From positions 4,128,001-4,192,000 of the forward strand of contig CAVTTN010000002.1 of the NCBI GenBank assembly GCA_963737655.1: a stretch of DNA of 64,000 bases, written 5' to 3'. The notes under the pieces are model-generated. The model was not told the DNA's origin, did not search any database, and saw nothing but the letters and a program-made list of their open reading frames with translations. Below, one piece after another: positions 11,501-26,500 of the stretch. The position numbers and the translations under genes were made by a program. Source of the DNA: an uncultured Planctomycetota bacterium (GTDB lineage: Bacteria > Planctomycetota > Planctomycetia > Isosphaerales > Isosphaeraceae). Position 1 is the stretch's first letter; each line of letters begins with the position of its first letter.

Positions 11501-14500
11501 AGTGGCGCGGGGATCGTCCTGGCCGGAGCCTCGGACGTCGTCGAGGGGGATTTCCTCGGCCTGGGCGCCAACGGATCGGCCCTCGGCAACGGTGGCGACG
11601 GCGTCAGCATCTCGGGCGCGAGCAACACGATCGGCGGGACGTCGGCCGCGCTCCGCGACGTGATCTCCGGCAACCTGGGGAACGGGATCTCGATCTCGGG
11701 CTCGCCGGCGCAGTTCAACGTGATCGTGGGCGATTACATCGGCACGGGCCTGCTCGGGACCTCCGCCGTCCCCAATGCGTTTTCGGGCGTGAACGTGGCC
11801 TCCGGGGCGACGTTGAACACGATCGGCGGGGTCATTAGCCTGGGTTTCGGCGACGTGATCGCCGGCAACACCGGGGCCGGCGTGACCTTCCAGGGGATGG
11901 GCACGTCGTCCAACCTGCTCGCCGGCAGCTTCATCGGCACCAACTCCACCGGAGGCGTGGCCCTGGCCAACTCGGGCGGGGGCGTCAAGGTCTTCAACCT
12001 CGACTCGGGCGAGACGATCGGCGGGAGCAAGGCCTCGGGCCTGGGCAACGTGATCTCCGGCAACGCCGGCTCGGGCATCCTGATCGACCCGACCTCCGGC
12101 GACGTGATCCAGGGGAACCTCATCGGCCTGGCCGCCGACGGGACGACCCCGCTGAATAACGCCGTGAACGGGATCTACGTCCTCGACTCGACCAGCATCA
12201 CCATCGGCGGATCGGCGGCGACGGGCAACGTGATCTCGGCCAACGGCGCGGCGGGGGTCCGAGTCGAGGGTTCCGGCGCGATCGTGATCGCCGGCAACCT
12301 GATCGGCACGGACAAGACGGGCCTGGTGGCCCGGGGGAACGTGGCTGGAGGCGTGGTCGTCCTGGACGACGTTGCGAACGTCGGGTCGTCGGCCATCACG
12401 ATCGGCCCGGACAACGTGATCTCGGGGAACTCCGACGAGGGCGTCCTGATCCAGGGGCCGTTCACCACCGGGGTGACCGTCTCGGGCAACACGATCGGCC
12501 TGGCGAGCGACGGCTCGACCCTCCTGGGGAACGTCCAGGGCGCGACCCGCAACGGCGAGGGCCTGGACCTGATCAACACGTCCGGGAACCTGATCGGCGG
12601 ATCGTCTGGGAACGTGATCTCCGGAAACAACGGCGACGGCATCGCCTTCTCGGCCAACGCGAAGCAGAACCTTGTTCAAGGAAACACGATCGGCCTCGAT
12701 TCCACCGGGACGGCCGCCCGCCCCAACGGCGGCGATGGGGTGGACGTCCTCTCGGGCGACGGAAACACGATCGGCGGCCTGTCGGCGGCGTTCCGCAACG
12801 TGATCTCCGGGAACAGCAAGGATGGCCTGGGGCTGTTCACCTCCAATGACCTGGTGATCGGCAACTATCTGGGCACCACTGGTGCGGGCACGGCCGCCCT
12901 GGGCAATGGGCGCTCGGGGGTCGTTGTCGGGGGGAATAACAACACGGTCGGCGGCTCGACGACGGCCGGCGCCGGCAACGTGATCTCCGGCAATCAAGGC
13001 TCGGGCGTGGCGGTCACCAGCACGGGCGTCGTGGTCGCCGGCAACTTCATCGGCCTGAGCGCCTCCGGGGCGTCCAAGCTCGGCAACACGCTGGACGGCG
13101 TGACGGTGGCCTCGGGTGCCTCGGCCACGATCGGCGGGAGCACGGCCGACCTGGCCAACCACGTCGGCGGCAACGCCCGAGACGGCATCCGCCTGACCGG
13201 CACCACGAACATCCTCGTCCAGTCCAACCTCGTCGGCACCGACGCCAGCGACTCGGCGTCGCTCGGAAACACGGCGATTGGGATCAATCTGACCGCCGGC
13301 TCGACCGGCAATACGATCTCCGGCAACACGATCGGTCACAGCGGGACCAGCGGCGTCCTCGTCTCCGGCGACCAGAACCTGATCTCCGGGGGGCGGATCG
13401 ACCACAGCGGAGGGTTCGGCGTCTCCATCCCGGGCGGCTCCAACACGGTCTCGGGCCTCACTTCGACGAACAACCAGGGCGGAGTGCTGATCCAGGGCAG
13501 CTCGAACCTGGTCGCCTCCAGCGCGTTGACCAACAATTCGACGGGCGGCGGTGCAGGGGTTTCGATCTCGGGAGGCTCGGCAAACACGATCGGCGGGGCC
13601 CTGGGTTCGACGGGCGACACGATCACCGGGAACGCGGACGGCGTGTTGGTCGGCTCGGCCATGAACCTGATCGTCGGCAACACGATCCGCCTGAACACCG
13701 CCTCGGGCGTCCATGTGACGGCCGCGGGCGTCACGGTCGGAGGGACGACCTCCTCGGCGGCCAATCAGATCGGCTCCAACTCGGTCGATGGCGTGAGGAT
13801 CGATGCGGCCACCGGGGCCGTGGTCGTCGGCAACTTCCTCGGTGTGAAGTCCGACGGCACGACGGCCGACGGCAACACCGGGGCCGGGATTTCGGTCGTC
13901 TCCGGCGGCTCCAACAACTTCGTGGGCGGGGCCGCGACCGGCTCGGGCAACATCATCGCCCACAACGGCGGCCCGGGCGTCTCGCTCGGCGGCGGCCTGA
14001 ACCTCGTCGCCGGCAACTCGATCACGGCGAACGCAACCGGCGGCGTCCTCGTCGCGGCCGGCACCGGCAACACGATCGGCGGGACGGTCGCGACGGCCTC
14101 GAACCTGATCTCCGGGAATACCGGGGTCGGGGTCGAGGTCGATGCGGCCGGGACGCTCGTGATTGGCGACCTGGTCGGCACGAGCCTCGATGGCAAGACG
14201 GCCTTCCCGAACACCGGCGACGGCGTGAAGATCACGGCGGGATCGGCGACGATCGGCGGCACCTCGGGCGCGGGCGATACGATCTCGGGCAACTCGGGTG
14301 CGGGCGTTCATGTCGTGGGGACCTCGGGTGCCCTGATCGCCGGGAACCTGATCGGCGTCTCCGGGAGCGGGAATGCGGCCCTGGGGAACGCGCTCGGCGG
14401 GGTGATCGTCGATGGCTCGACCGGCGTGACCATCGGTGTGGGGAACGTGATCGCCGGAAACGCCGTGGTCGGCGTGGCGTTCCTGAACTCCGCGAACAAC

Positions 14501-17500
14501 GGCCTGGTCACGGGCAACACGATCGGCCTCGGCTCCGACGGCTCGACGCTGCTCGGCCAGCCGATCGGGGTGAGGCTCGACGCCTCCTCGGGGGTCAGCG
14601 TGGGCGGGTTGACCGCCCTGACCCGCAACCTGATCTCGGGTAACGCGACGGGTGTCTCGGTCTCCGGGACGACGGTCAACGACCTGGTCTTCGGCAACTA
14701 TCTCGGCACGAATTCGACCGGGCTGGCGGGCAAGGCAAACACGACGGCCGATCTCGCGATCGCCTCGGGCAGTTCCGGGACGACGGTCGGAGGGACGGCG
14801 GCGGGCTCCGGCAACCTGGTCGATTCGTCGGCGGTCGGGCTGTCGATCGCCGGCTCGTCGAACGTCGCGATCGGCAACTCGATCGGCCTCGGGGCCGACG
14901 GCTCGACGGCCCTGGGCAACTCTCAGGGGATCGTGATCTCCGGGGCCTCGAACACGATCGGATCGGCGGGCGCCTCGTCGTTCAATGTGATCGTCAACAG
15001 CAGCTCTCAGGGGGTTCAGATCACCGGAGGCTCGGCGACCTCGAACATCGTTTCGGGGAACCTGATCGGGCTTCTCTTCAACGGCACGGCGGCGGCGAAC
15101 GCCACCGGCGTGCAGATCTCCGGCGGGGCGTCGGGAAACACGGTCGGCGGGGCGTCGGCCGGGACCGGCAACACGATCTCGCGAAATACCGGCAACGCAG
15201 TACTGATCTCGGGAGCGTCGGCGAACCTGGTCGCCGGCAACCTCGTCGGCCTCGGAACGAGCGGGACGACGCTCGCGGCGAACGGCTCGGACGCGATCGT
15301 CCTCTCGGCGGCGACGAACAACACGATCGGCGGACCGTCTTCCGGCTTCGCGAACGTCGTCGCCGGGAACGGGACGCACGACGGCATCCTCTTGACCGGC
15401 GCCGGGACTTCGGGCAACTCGGTCCAGAGCAACCTTGTCGGCGCGAACAACACCGGGACCGTCGCCTTCGGGTTCGCCTCGGCGATTGCCGCGAATTCCT
15501 CGGCCGCGAGCAACACGATCGGAGGCGCCGGCGCGGGGAACCGGGTGCTCGGATCGGCCGGGCCGGGCGTGCTGATCACCAACGCCAGCACAATCCTCGT
15601 CGCGGGCAACACCATCGGAGGGGCGGGTTCGCTGGCCAACGGCTCGGGAGTGTCGATCTCCGGGGCCTCGACGGGCACCACGATCGGCGGATCGGCGGGC
15701 AACCTGATCGCCGGGAACTCGGGCGACGGCCTGATCGTCTCGGGCGGCTCGGTGATGACCACGGCTGTTTCGGGCAACACCATCGGCGGCTCGCTCTCCA
15801 ACGGCGGAAATGGCGTCCACCTGACCGGCGCCCCGGTCGGCGTGACGATCGGAGGGGCGAGCACCGCGTCGCTCAACGTGATCTCGGGGAACTTGGGATA
15901 CGGAGTCGAGGTCGATGGCGGCTCCTTGTATGTGATCGCCTTCAACGCGATCGGCGTGGATTCTACCGGAAGCAAGGCCCAGGGTAACGCCCTGGGCGGC
16001 CTCTATTTGAATCAGGCGAGCAACGTGCTCGTCGGGCCGGGGAACGTGATCTCGGGGAACACCGGTGACGGCGTCTTCCTCCAGGGAGGCTCGGCGAATG
16101 TCGTCCGGGGCAACCTGATCGGCCTCACGTCCGATGGCAAGAACGCCGTGGGCAATTCCGCGGCCGGGGTCGAGGTCGCCGACTCCTCGAACAACACGAT
16201 CGGCGGCGCCTCGGGCTCGACCAACTTCATCGCGGGGAACGTGGCGGGGATCTCGATCCACAAGACGCAATCGGTGGCGACGGGGAACGTCGTCGTCGCC
16301 AACCAGCTCGGTACCGACCAACAGGGCATCACGCCGTTCCCCAATACGGGCGACGGCATCGTGGTGACCGGCGCGACGGGGACGACGATCGGCGGGGTTG
16401 GGACGCTCCGCAATCTCATCCAGAACAGCGGGGGGGCCGGCGTCCATTTCGTCGGCGGGGCCACCGGGACGATCCTCGGCAACCTGATCGGCACGAACCA
16501 GTCCAACTTCTCGACGTTCGGCAACACGCTCCAGGGTGTCCTGATCGACGGCAACTCGCCGACGGGGATCGGCGTCGTCGGCAACTCGATTTCGGGCAAC
16601 GGGGCGGATGGGATCAAGGTCCAGGGTGCCTCGGGCGTCTCGATCTCCTCGAACGTGATCGGGCTGGACGTGAGCTTCAGCGCGGCTCTTCACAACGGCG
16701 GAGACGGCGTCTACTTGCTGGACTCGACCGGGACATTCGTCGGCGGGTCGGGCCTCGGCAATACGATCTCGGGGAATTCCGGTTCAGGTGTTCACGTGAA
16801 GGGGGCGACCAGCTCCGCCGCCTCGAACGTGATCGCCGGCAACCGGATCGGCCTGAACGGTGCGGGAGGGATCGCGGTCGCGAACGCGATGAGCGGCGTC
16901 TTCGTCGAGTCGGCGACGGGCACGACCATCGGCGGCTCGGCCGCGGGGACCGGAAACCTGATCTCGGGCAACACGTTGTACGGGGTCCAGCTGTCTCTGG
17001 GCGGCGGCACGACGGTCCTCTCCAACACGATCGGGGCGAATGCGGCGGCGAACGGCTCGGTGGCCAACAGCATTGGCGTCGGGATCCTCGACTCGTCGAA
17101 CAATGCGATCGGCGCCATCGGTTCACCCAACGTGATCGCGGGCAACACCGGCGACGGCGTCCTGATCGTCCACGACGCGAGCGGGTCGGCCACGGCGAAC
17201 GTGATCGCCGGGAACCGGATCGGCACCATCCTCTCGGGGCTCTCCGCCCTGCCCAACGGCGGCAACGGCGTGTCCCTGGTGGGGACGGACGCCTCGGATG
17301 CTTCCTCGGACGTCGTCACGGGCAACCTGATCTCCGGCAACGGCGGGGACGGCCTGAAGTTCGCGAGCCTCTCCGGCGTCGCGGTCACGGCCAACACCAT
17401 CGGTGCGGACGCCACCGGCCTCCAGAAGATCCCCAACGGCTCCTCGGTGACGGAAGGCGTCCTCCTCAACACCACGACCATGGTGACGATCGGAGGGAGC

Positions 17501-20500
17501 ACGACCGACCTGAGCAACCAAATCTCGGGCAACGCCGGGATCGGCGTCCATGTGACCGGCGGTGGCAGCAACGTGATCGCCGGGAACGTGATCGGCCTGG
17601 GCTTCGGAGGGTCGGTCGCCTTGGCCAACGGCGGCGACGGCGTGAAGATCGATTCCTCCCCGGCGAACACCATCGGCGGGACGGCCCTGGCCGCCGCCAA
17701 TGCGATCTCCGGGAACTCGGGGGCGGGCATCGACGTCCTGACCTCCTCGGGCACGATCATCCTGGGCAACCGGATCGGCACCTCGAGCGCCGGCAGCTCG
17801 GCCGTCCCGAACGGCGGCGATGGCGTCCTCCTGACCAGCACCTCGCTGACGGTCATCGGCAACTCGTCCGCCGGCAACCTGATCTCGGGCGGCAAGGCCT
17901 ACGGCATCCACGACGTTTCCGGGAGCGGGACCACGATCGCGCACAACACGATCGGGACCGACCTGCTCGGCACGACGCCGCTGGGCAACACGCTCTCCGG
18001 CGTCTATCTCCAGAACACCACGAGCGACGTGGTGGGCGGGGCGTCGGGCCTGGGCAACCTGATCTCGGGCAACGGCGGGGCGGGAATCAGCATCTCGGGA
18101 TCGGCCGGCAATGGGCTCAACAGCGTCCTGGGCAATACCATCGGCCTTGGGGCTACGGGTTTGGCGTTGCCCAACGTCCATGGCGTGGCGATCTCGGGCT
18201 CGCCTTCGAACACGATCAGCTCGGGCAACATCATTGGTGGCAACAGCCAGGACGGCGTGATCGTGACCGGCGCATCGGCCATGGGAACGGTCATCGTTGG
18301 CAACCAGTTCGGGCTGAACTCGGCCGGACTGGCGGTCGGCAACGTCGCGGCGGGCGTGGAGATCGCCTCGCCGGGAGCCACGATCGGCGGATCGGCGGCG
18401 GGCCTGGGCAACACCGTCGGCGGAAACGCGGTGGGCATCCAGCTCGACGCGGCTTCGGGCGGGGCCGTGGTCCTCGGCAACTTCGTCGGCACCGATTCGG
18501 CGGGCGGCTCGGCCCGGCCCAACACGGTCGCCGGCATCGTCGTGAGGACGACCTCCGGCGGGGCGACGATCGGCGGATCGGGCCTCGCTCGAAACCTGGT
18601 CTCGGGCAACACCGGCTACGGAATCGAGCTCGACGCCGCGTCCTCAGTCCTGGTCCTCGACAACCTTGTGGGCACGAACCTCGCCGAGACGACCGCCCTG
18701 GCCAACGGCTCCGATGGCCTGTTCGCCCAGAACTCCTCGGCCAGCACGATCCGGGGCAACCTCGTCTCGGCCAACGGCGCCGACGGCATCCACCTCCTGA
18801 ATTCGACGAACGTCCTGATCGCCGGGAACCTCGTGGGGACGAATGCCTCGGGTTCGGCGGCGCTGGGGAACAAGTTGTCGGGGATCGAGGTGTCCGGCGG
18901 GAGTTCGGTGACCGTCGGCGGGACGGCGGTCGCAGACTCGAACCTGATCTCGGGCAACGCGGTCGGGGCCGGGATGTCCTTGACCGGGGGCCTCCTGATC
19001 TCCAAGGCCTCCGGCGTCCTGGTCGAGGGAAACAAGGTCGGGACGAACCTGGCCGGCACGGTGGCCGTGGCGAACTCGAATTACGGCGTGGTCCTGTTCG
19101 ACGCCACGAACGCGACGGTCGGCGGGACGACCACGCTGGGGTCGAACCTGATCAGCGGCAACGCCGGGCCGGGTGTTTATGTGTACGGCGACGCGGCCAA
19201 CATGTCGGTCGGCGACCTCGTCGCCGGCAACCTGATCGGCCTGAGCTCGTCCAACACGGCCCTGGCGAACCAGGGAGACGGCCTCCAGATCCTCAACGGG
19301 TCGCAGATCACCGTTGGCGGGGCGGCGGTCGGCGCGGGAAACGTGATCTCGGGCAACGCCGGCTCGGGCGTGGCGATCCTGCCGAACTCGTTCACGATCG
19401 CCCAGGGGAGCTTGCTCCTGGGCAACCGGATCGGCACCGATACGACCGGGACGACGGCCGTCGCCAACGGCGGCTCGGGCGTCTCGGTCCACAATTCCAG
19501 CAACACCACCATCGGCGGATCGGTCGCGGGCAACCTGATCTCCGGCAACGCGGCCGACGGCATCCTCATCTTCAACGACAGCAGCGGGTTCTCGAACTCG
19601 AACGTCGTCCTCGGCAACCGGATCGGCACCGACTTGACCGGGGCCTCGGCGCTGGGCAACGGCGGGTCGGGCGTCAGCCTCTCGGGAGGCGCGAACGGGA
19701 CGACCATCGGCGGGTCGGCGGGCAACGTGATCTCGGGCAACGCGGTCGATGGCATCGGCGTTCAGGGCGGCGCCCTGATCCTCGTCGCGAACAACCTGAT
19801 CGGCACCGACGCGACGGGCACCGCGATGCTGGGCAACGGCGTGAACGGGGTGGCCTTCTCGCAAACCTCGACCAGCACGATCCGGGGCAACACGATCGCC
19901 GGGAGCAAGGGCCTGACGCCTCCCTCGGGCTCGCGGCCGGGACCGGTAACGGCATCTATCTGCTCGGGCTGAACTCGGCCGGGTTGGATGCCCTGGGCAA
20001 CCTGATCGTCTCGAACAGGATCGGCACGAACTCCTCCGGGACCGCCTCGCTGGCGAACTCGGGCGATGGAATCCTCGCCGTCAGCACGCTTCAGACGACC
20101 ATCGGCGGGGCGTCCGCCGGCCTGGGCAACCTGATTACCGGGGCGACCGGGGGCAGCCTGGGCGCGGTGGTCATCGACGGTGGAGGCTCGGCCCTGATCG
20201 CCGGGAACTTCGTCGGCACCAACCTGACCGGGACCGCCGCCCTGGCCAGTTCGGGCATCGGCGTCCTGCTCTCGAACTCGACCGGGAACACGGTCGGCGG
20301 CCTCTCGGCGGGGGCCCGCAACCTGATCTCCGGCGACTCGACCGGCCTGGAGATCACCGGCGGGGCGACGGCGAACCTGGTCGTCGGGAATTACTTCGGC
20401 CTGAACGCCTCGGGCTCGGCGACGATCTCGGGCGGTTCGGGCGGCGACGTCCTGCTCCTGGATGTCTCGGGCAATACGATCGGAGGGACGGCCTCGGGAG

Positions 20501-23500
20501 CGGGCAACGTGATCTCGGGTGCCCTGGCCTCGGGCGTGATCCTCAGTGGAGGCTCGGCGAACTCGGTCCTTGGCAACAAGATCGGCACCGATGCGACCGG
20601 AGAGGTCGCCCTGGGCAACGCCGGAGACGGCGTCCTGGTTTCCTCCTCGTCCTCGAACACGATCGGCGGATACACGGCCGCGGCGAAGAACCTGATCTCG
20701 GGCAACCTGGGCGACGGCATCCACGTCCTCGGATCCACGATCAGCGGAGGCGCCTCGGCCTTCAACGTGATCGTGGGCAACTGCGTGGGCCTGGATGCGA
20801 CCGGGACGGCCGCCCTGGCCAACCATCTGGACGGCATCCTCCTCGAAGGGGCGACCGGGACGGTCGTCGGCGGGCCGAGCTCGGCCCAGGGCGTGAACGT
20901 GGTCTCGGGGAACCTGGGCAACGGGATCCACATCCTCGCCGGCTCCGGGAATCTCGTTCAATTCAATCTGATCGGCCTGTCGAAGGACGGCAAGTCGTCG
21001 ATCGCCAACGGCAACACGATGACCGGGCTCGGCGATGGCCTCCTGATCGACAATTCGCCCTCGAACACGCTCAGCGGCAATACGGTCGGCGGGTTCGTCG
21101 AGGCGGCGATCGCCATCATGGGAGCGGGATCGACCGGAAACGTCCTGATCAACAACGTCTCCGGCATGGTCATCACCGGCAACGGGCTGGACGGCATCCT
21201 GCTCGATGGCGCCTCGGGAAATACCATCGGCGGATCGAGCGGTACGGCGAACGTCTTCTCGGGCAACGTCCGCGATGGCATCCGAATCCAGGGCGGATCG
21301 AGCAACAACCTGATCGTCGGCAACCTCGTCGGCCTCGCCGCCGACGGGAAGACGGCCTCGCCCAACGGCGTCGACGGGATCTACCTCGAAGCGTCTTCGG
21401 GCAACACCATCGGCGGGACGGTGACCGGCTCGGCGGACTATATCTCGGGCAACCTGGGTTACGGCATCCACCTCTTCGGTACCGGGGCGACGGGCAACGT
21501 GATCCTCGGCGACTTCATCGGGACGAACGTCGCCGGGACGGCCGCCGTGCCCAACGGCCTGGGCGGCGTGTTCCTGGACGGGGCCCCGAACAACACCGTC
21601 GGCGGGGCCGGGACGGGCGGCGGCAACCTGATCTCGGGCAACGGCCAGGTCGGCGTGTACCTGCTCGGGGCCGGGGCCTCGGGTGATCTCGTGATCGGCA
21701 ACCGGATCGGCCTGGCCGGGACCGGATCGGCGTTCCTGCCGAACACCGGACCGGGCGTCCTGATCGACGGCGCGACCGGCGCCACCGTCGGCGGCGTCGG
21801 GACGGCGGGCAACTCGATCTCGGGCAACTCGGGCGACGGCATCCATCTCCTCGATGGCGCGACCGGCGACCTGATCCTGGGGGATGTCATCCTCTCCAAC
21901 GGCCAGGCGGGGATCGACCTCGACCACGTCACGAACGACAGCGTGGGCGCCGCCGTCGCCGGCAACACGATCTCGGGCAACGCCGGGTCGGGCGTGCTGG
22001 TCAACGCCGGCTCGAACCACCTGATCGTGGGCAACCGGATCGGCACCGACGGCGTGGCGATCCTCGCCGGGGGGAACGGGGTCGCGGGCGTCTTCCTGAT
22101 CGGGACGGGCGGAGTCACGCTCGGCGGGACGACCCAGGCCACCCAGAACGTGATCTCCGGCAACGTGAGCGACGGCGTGGTCGTGAGCGGGGCGACTTCC
22201 GGGAACCTGATCCTGGGCGACCTCATCGGCCTGGATCGCTCCGGGACGCTCGCCTTGCCCAACGGCGGCAATGGCGTGACCCTGCTGAACTCCTCCGGGA
22301 CGACGATCGGAGGCACGGCGGTCGGCTCGGCCGTGGTGATCTCCGGGAACACCGGGGCCGGCGTCAGCATCAGCGGAGGCTCGGCCAACGTCCTCCTGGG
22401 GGATTTCGTCGGGACGAACTCCTCGGGGACCTCGCCCCTGGGCAATCACGAGGACGGCATCGACCTCCTCTCGACCACGTCCAACACCCTGGGCGGACTG
22501 ACCTCGGCGAGTCGCAACATCATCTCGGGCAACCTCCACTCGGGCGTGAATGTCTCGCTCGGCGGGAGCAACGTCCTGGTCGGGAACTTCATCGGGTTGG
22601 ACATCAACGGGGGAGGAGCCGTCGCGAACGGTTCCGACGGGGTGGTCCTGAACGACGCCGGCCAGACCACCGTGGGCGGTCTGGTCGCCGGCGCGAGGAA
22701 CGTGATCTCGGGGAACCTCGGCGACGGCGTGCGGATCACCGGCGGCTCGAACAACGTGATCGCGGGCAACTTCATCGGCACCAACGCCGGCGGCAGCACC
22801 AAGGTGCCGAACACCGGCAACGGACTGGCGATCCTCGATTCCCCCGGCAACACGATCGGCGGCTCGATCCCGGCGGCAGCCAACGTGCTGTCGGGCAATT
22901 CGTTGTCCGGGCTCACGATCGATGGCGGCCTCTCAGGCTCGACCGGCGATCAAATCATCGGCAACCTGGTCGGGACCGACTCGACGGGTTCCTACGGGGT
23001 CGCCAACGGCCAGTTCGGCGCGGTCCTCACAAATGTCTCGGCCGTGACCGTGGGCGGGACGGCCGCCGGCCTGGGGAACGTCTTCTCCGGGAACAGCCTG
23101 GCCGGGCTGGAGATCGTGGGAGGGGTGCTCGATCCGAGTTCCGGCCTGGTCAGCGGCAACGTGGTCGTCCAGGGGAATTATCTCGGCGTGAACCTGGGGG
23201 GAACGGCCGTCGCTCCCAACTCCGGGGACGGCCTGCTGATCTCGGGATCGGCCGCCAACACGATCGGCGGAACGGCACCCGGATCGCGCAACGTGATCTC
23301 GGGGAACCTCGGCAACGGCGTGGAGATCCTCGGGCCGAACGCCTCGAACAACCTGATCCTCGGAGACCTGATCGGCACCGACCTGACGGGCCTGGCCGCC
23401 CTGGCCAACACCGGGGACGGCGTCCTGATCACCCACGCCCTCGGCACGACGATCGGCGGCCTTTCCGCCTCCGCCCGCGACGTGATCTCCGGGAACCTGA

Positions 23501-26500
23501 AGGCGGGCATCGAGCTTCAGACGAGCGGGAGCACCCTGATCGTCGGCAACTACCTGGGCTTGAACGCCTCGGGCGCCGCGGGCCTGCCCAACTCGGGCGA
23601 CGGGGTGAAGCTCTCGAACTCCCCGAACAATGTCGTCGGCGGTCCGGCCGGGGCCGGCAACGCGATCTCGGGGAACCTCGGCGCGGGGGTCGAGATCGTC
23701 GGCAGCCTCTCCTCGGGGAACTCGATCGACGGCAACCTGATCGGCACGGACCAGGCCGGCGCGTCGTCCGTGGCGAACGTGGGCGACGGCGTCCTCATCA
23801 CCGGATCGGCGGGGAACACGATCGGCGGAACGTCGGGCAACGTGATCTCGGGCAACCTGTCCAACGGAATCGAGGTCTCCGGGGTGGTTTCCGGCGGCGA
23901 GACGATCGTCGGGAACCTCGTCGGCCTGGCAGCCGGAGGCGTCACGTCCCTGGGCAATAACCGGGACGGCGTCCTCGTGATCGGGTCGTCGGGCGTGACC
24001 ATCGGCGGGACGGCCCCGGGTTCGGGCAATGCGGTTTCCGGCAACAATGCCGAGGGGATCCACGTCCTCGGCGGCCTCGGGAATCTGCTCGTCGGCAACT
24101 TCCTGGGGACCGATCGCCAGGCACTCGGCACGAAGCTGGGCAACGCCCGGGACGGCGTCCTGATCGAGAGCTCGTCCTCGAACACCATCGGCGGGACGAC
24201 GGCCGGGGCCCGCAACGTGATCGTCTCGAACGTCCTCGACGGCGTGAACGTCCTGGCGACCAACGCGACGGCGGCCAACTTGATCGTCGGCAACTACATC
24301 GGAGTGGGCGCCGACGGCTTGACGGCCGCCGGCAACGGCAAGGACGGGATCGCCGTGAACGGGGCCATCGGCACCACGATCGGCGGGATGGGCGCCTCGG
24401 GCAACGTGATCTCGGCCTCCGGCGGGTCGGGCGTCCACCTCTCGACGGCCTCCTCGGTCCTCGTCCTGGGCAACTGGATCGGCACGGACTCGACGGGGAC
24501 CGTCGCCCTCGGAAATCGCGGGGACGGCGTTCTCGAAGACGGGACGACCGGTGCCACGATCGGCGGCCTGGCGGCCTCGAACACGATCTCGGCCTCCGGG
24601 GGAGACGGCGTCCACCTCGTCGGCGGCTCGAACCTCCTGATCCTGGGCAACCTGATCGGCTCGACCGGCTCGATCACCTCCAAGGGGAACGCGGCCGACG
24701 GCGTGGCGATCGAAGGGGCCGCGTCGTCCGTGACCATCGGCGGGACGGTCGCCGGCTCGGCCAACGTCATCGGCCTGAACGCCGGCGACGGCATCCACGC
24801 GACCAGCGCCTCGCAAGTGGTCATCCTGGGCAACTTCGTCGGGATCAGCCCGACCGACGCCAAGCTCGGCAACTCGGCCGACGGCATCCTGCTCGACGGC
24901 GTCGGACAGGTCACCGTCGGCGGGACCACGGCCGCGTCGGCCAACATCGTGGGATTCAACGGGATCAGCGGCATCCACGTCGCCAACGCCAGCCCGACGG
25001 CCGGCCTGGGCAACCTGATCGAGGGAAACCTGGTCGGGACCAACGGCGCCGGAACGGCCGCCGCGGCCAACAGCCAGGATGGCATCCTGATCGACAAGTC
25101 CAGCCATCAAACCGTCGGCGGGACCGCCCTCGGAGCCGGCAACCTCGTCTCGGGGAACGTGGCCGTCGGCGTCCACGTCCTCGGATCGAGCGTCGGCAAC
25201 AATGCGATCCTGGGCAATACGATCGGGCTGTCGCGGGTCACGACCGCCCTGGGCAACGGGCTGAGCGGCGTCCTGATCGAGGCCTCGAACGCCAACACCA
25301 TCGGCGGGACGGCCTCAGGCTCGGCCAACGTGATCGCCGGCAACGGCGAGTCGGGCGTGCAGGTCAAGACCAGCGTTTCGGGCGCGACCGGCAACCTGAT
25401 CGTCGGCAACTTCCTCGGGACCGACGCCAACGGCGACTCCGGGATCGGCAACGGCCTGGACGGCGTCTTCCTCAACCAGGTCCTGAACGTCACGGTCGGC
25501 GGGACCGCCGCCGGCTCGGCCAACATTATCTCCGGGAACCTCCGCAACGGCGTGTATGTCTTCGACACCCAGGGCAAGATTTCCGCGGGGAACCTGATCC
25601 TCGGCAACAAGATCGGCCTGGATTCGAGCGGGACCGCCCTGGGCAACGGCGCCGATGGCGTGCGGGTCGAGAACGCCAACGGAACGACCGTGGGCGGCCT
25701 GGTCCTTGGCGCCCAGAACGTGATCTCGGGCAACACCGGCAACGGCGTGTCGGTCATCGGCCAGTTCGTCACGATCGAGTCGATCGTGGGAGACCGGATC
25801 GGCACCAACGAGGCCGGGACCTCGGCGATCCCGAATAGCCTGGACGGCATCTTGATCAGCCAGGCCTCGGGCGTGACCGTGGGCGGGACGACCGCGGCGG
25901 CGAGCGTCCTGATCTCGGGCAATTTCGCCAACGGGGTCGAGATCACCAACGGGGCCTCGGGCAACCTGATCGCCGGAGACACGATCGGCCTGAACCTGGC
26001 CGGATCGCCGCTGGGCAACCTCCGGGACGGCGTCCTGATCTCCGGCCAGAACACCCGGGGCAACAGCCTTGGCGGCTCGGGGGTTGGATCGGCCGTCGTG
26101 ATCGCGGGGAACCTGGGCAACGGGGTTGAGATCAACCTCGGGGCCTCGGCGAACCTCGTCGCAGGCGACCGGATCGGCACGGACCTGCTCGGGACGACCG
26201 GACTCGGCAACTCCCTGGCTGGCGTGGTCGTTTCGGGGCTCGGTACGGTCTCGAACACCATCGGAGGCGCCGCCTCGCTGGGCAACACGATCTCCGGGAA
26301 CGCCTCCAGCGGCGTGGCGATCCTCTCGGGGGCCTCGGCCACGGCGGTCGTCGGCAGCCTGATCGAGCTTTCAGGCACCGGGGCGTCCCCGGCCGACGGA
26401 GTCCTGATCTCCGGGGCCTCGTACAACACGATCGGCGGGGGCGTCGGCCTGGCGAACACAATCGTCCTGAACACCGGGAGCGGCGTGAACCTGTCGGCTC

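Noticed and set aside
19900..19990. Programmed ribosomal frameshift or two-gene arrangement in the giant gene
   Set aside because: There is no slippery heptamer or RBS at the junction, and two other similar indels in the window favour sequencing error.
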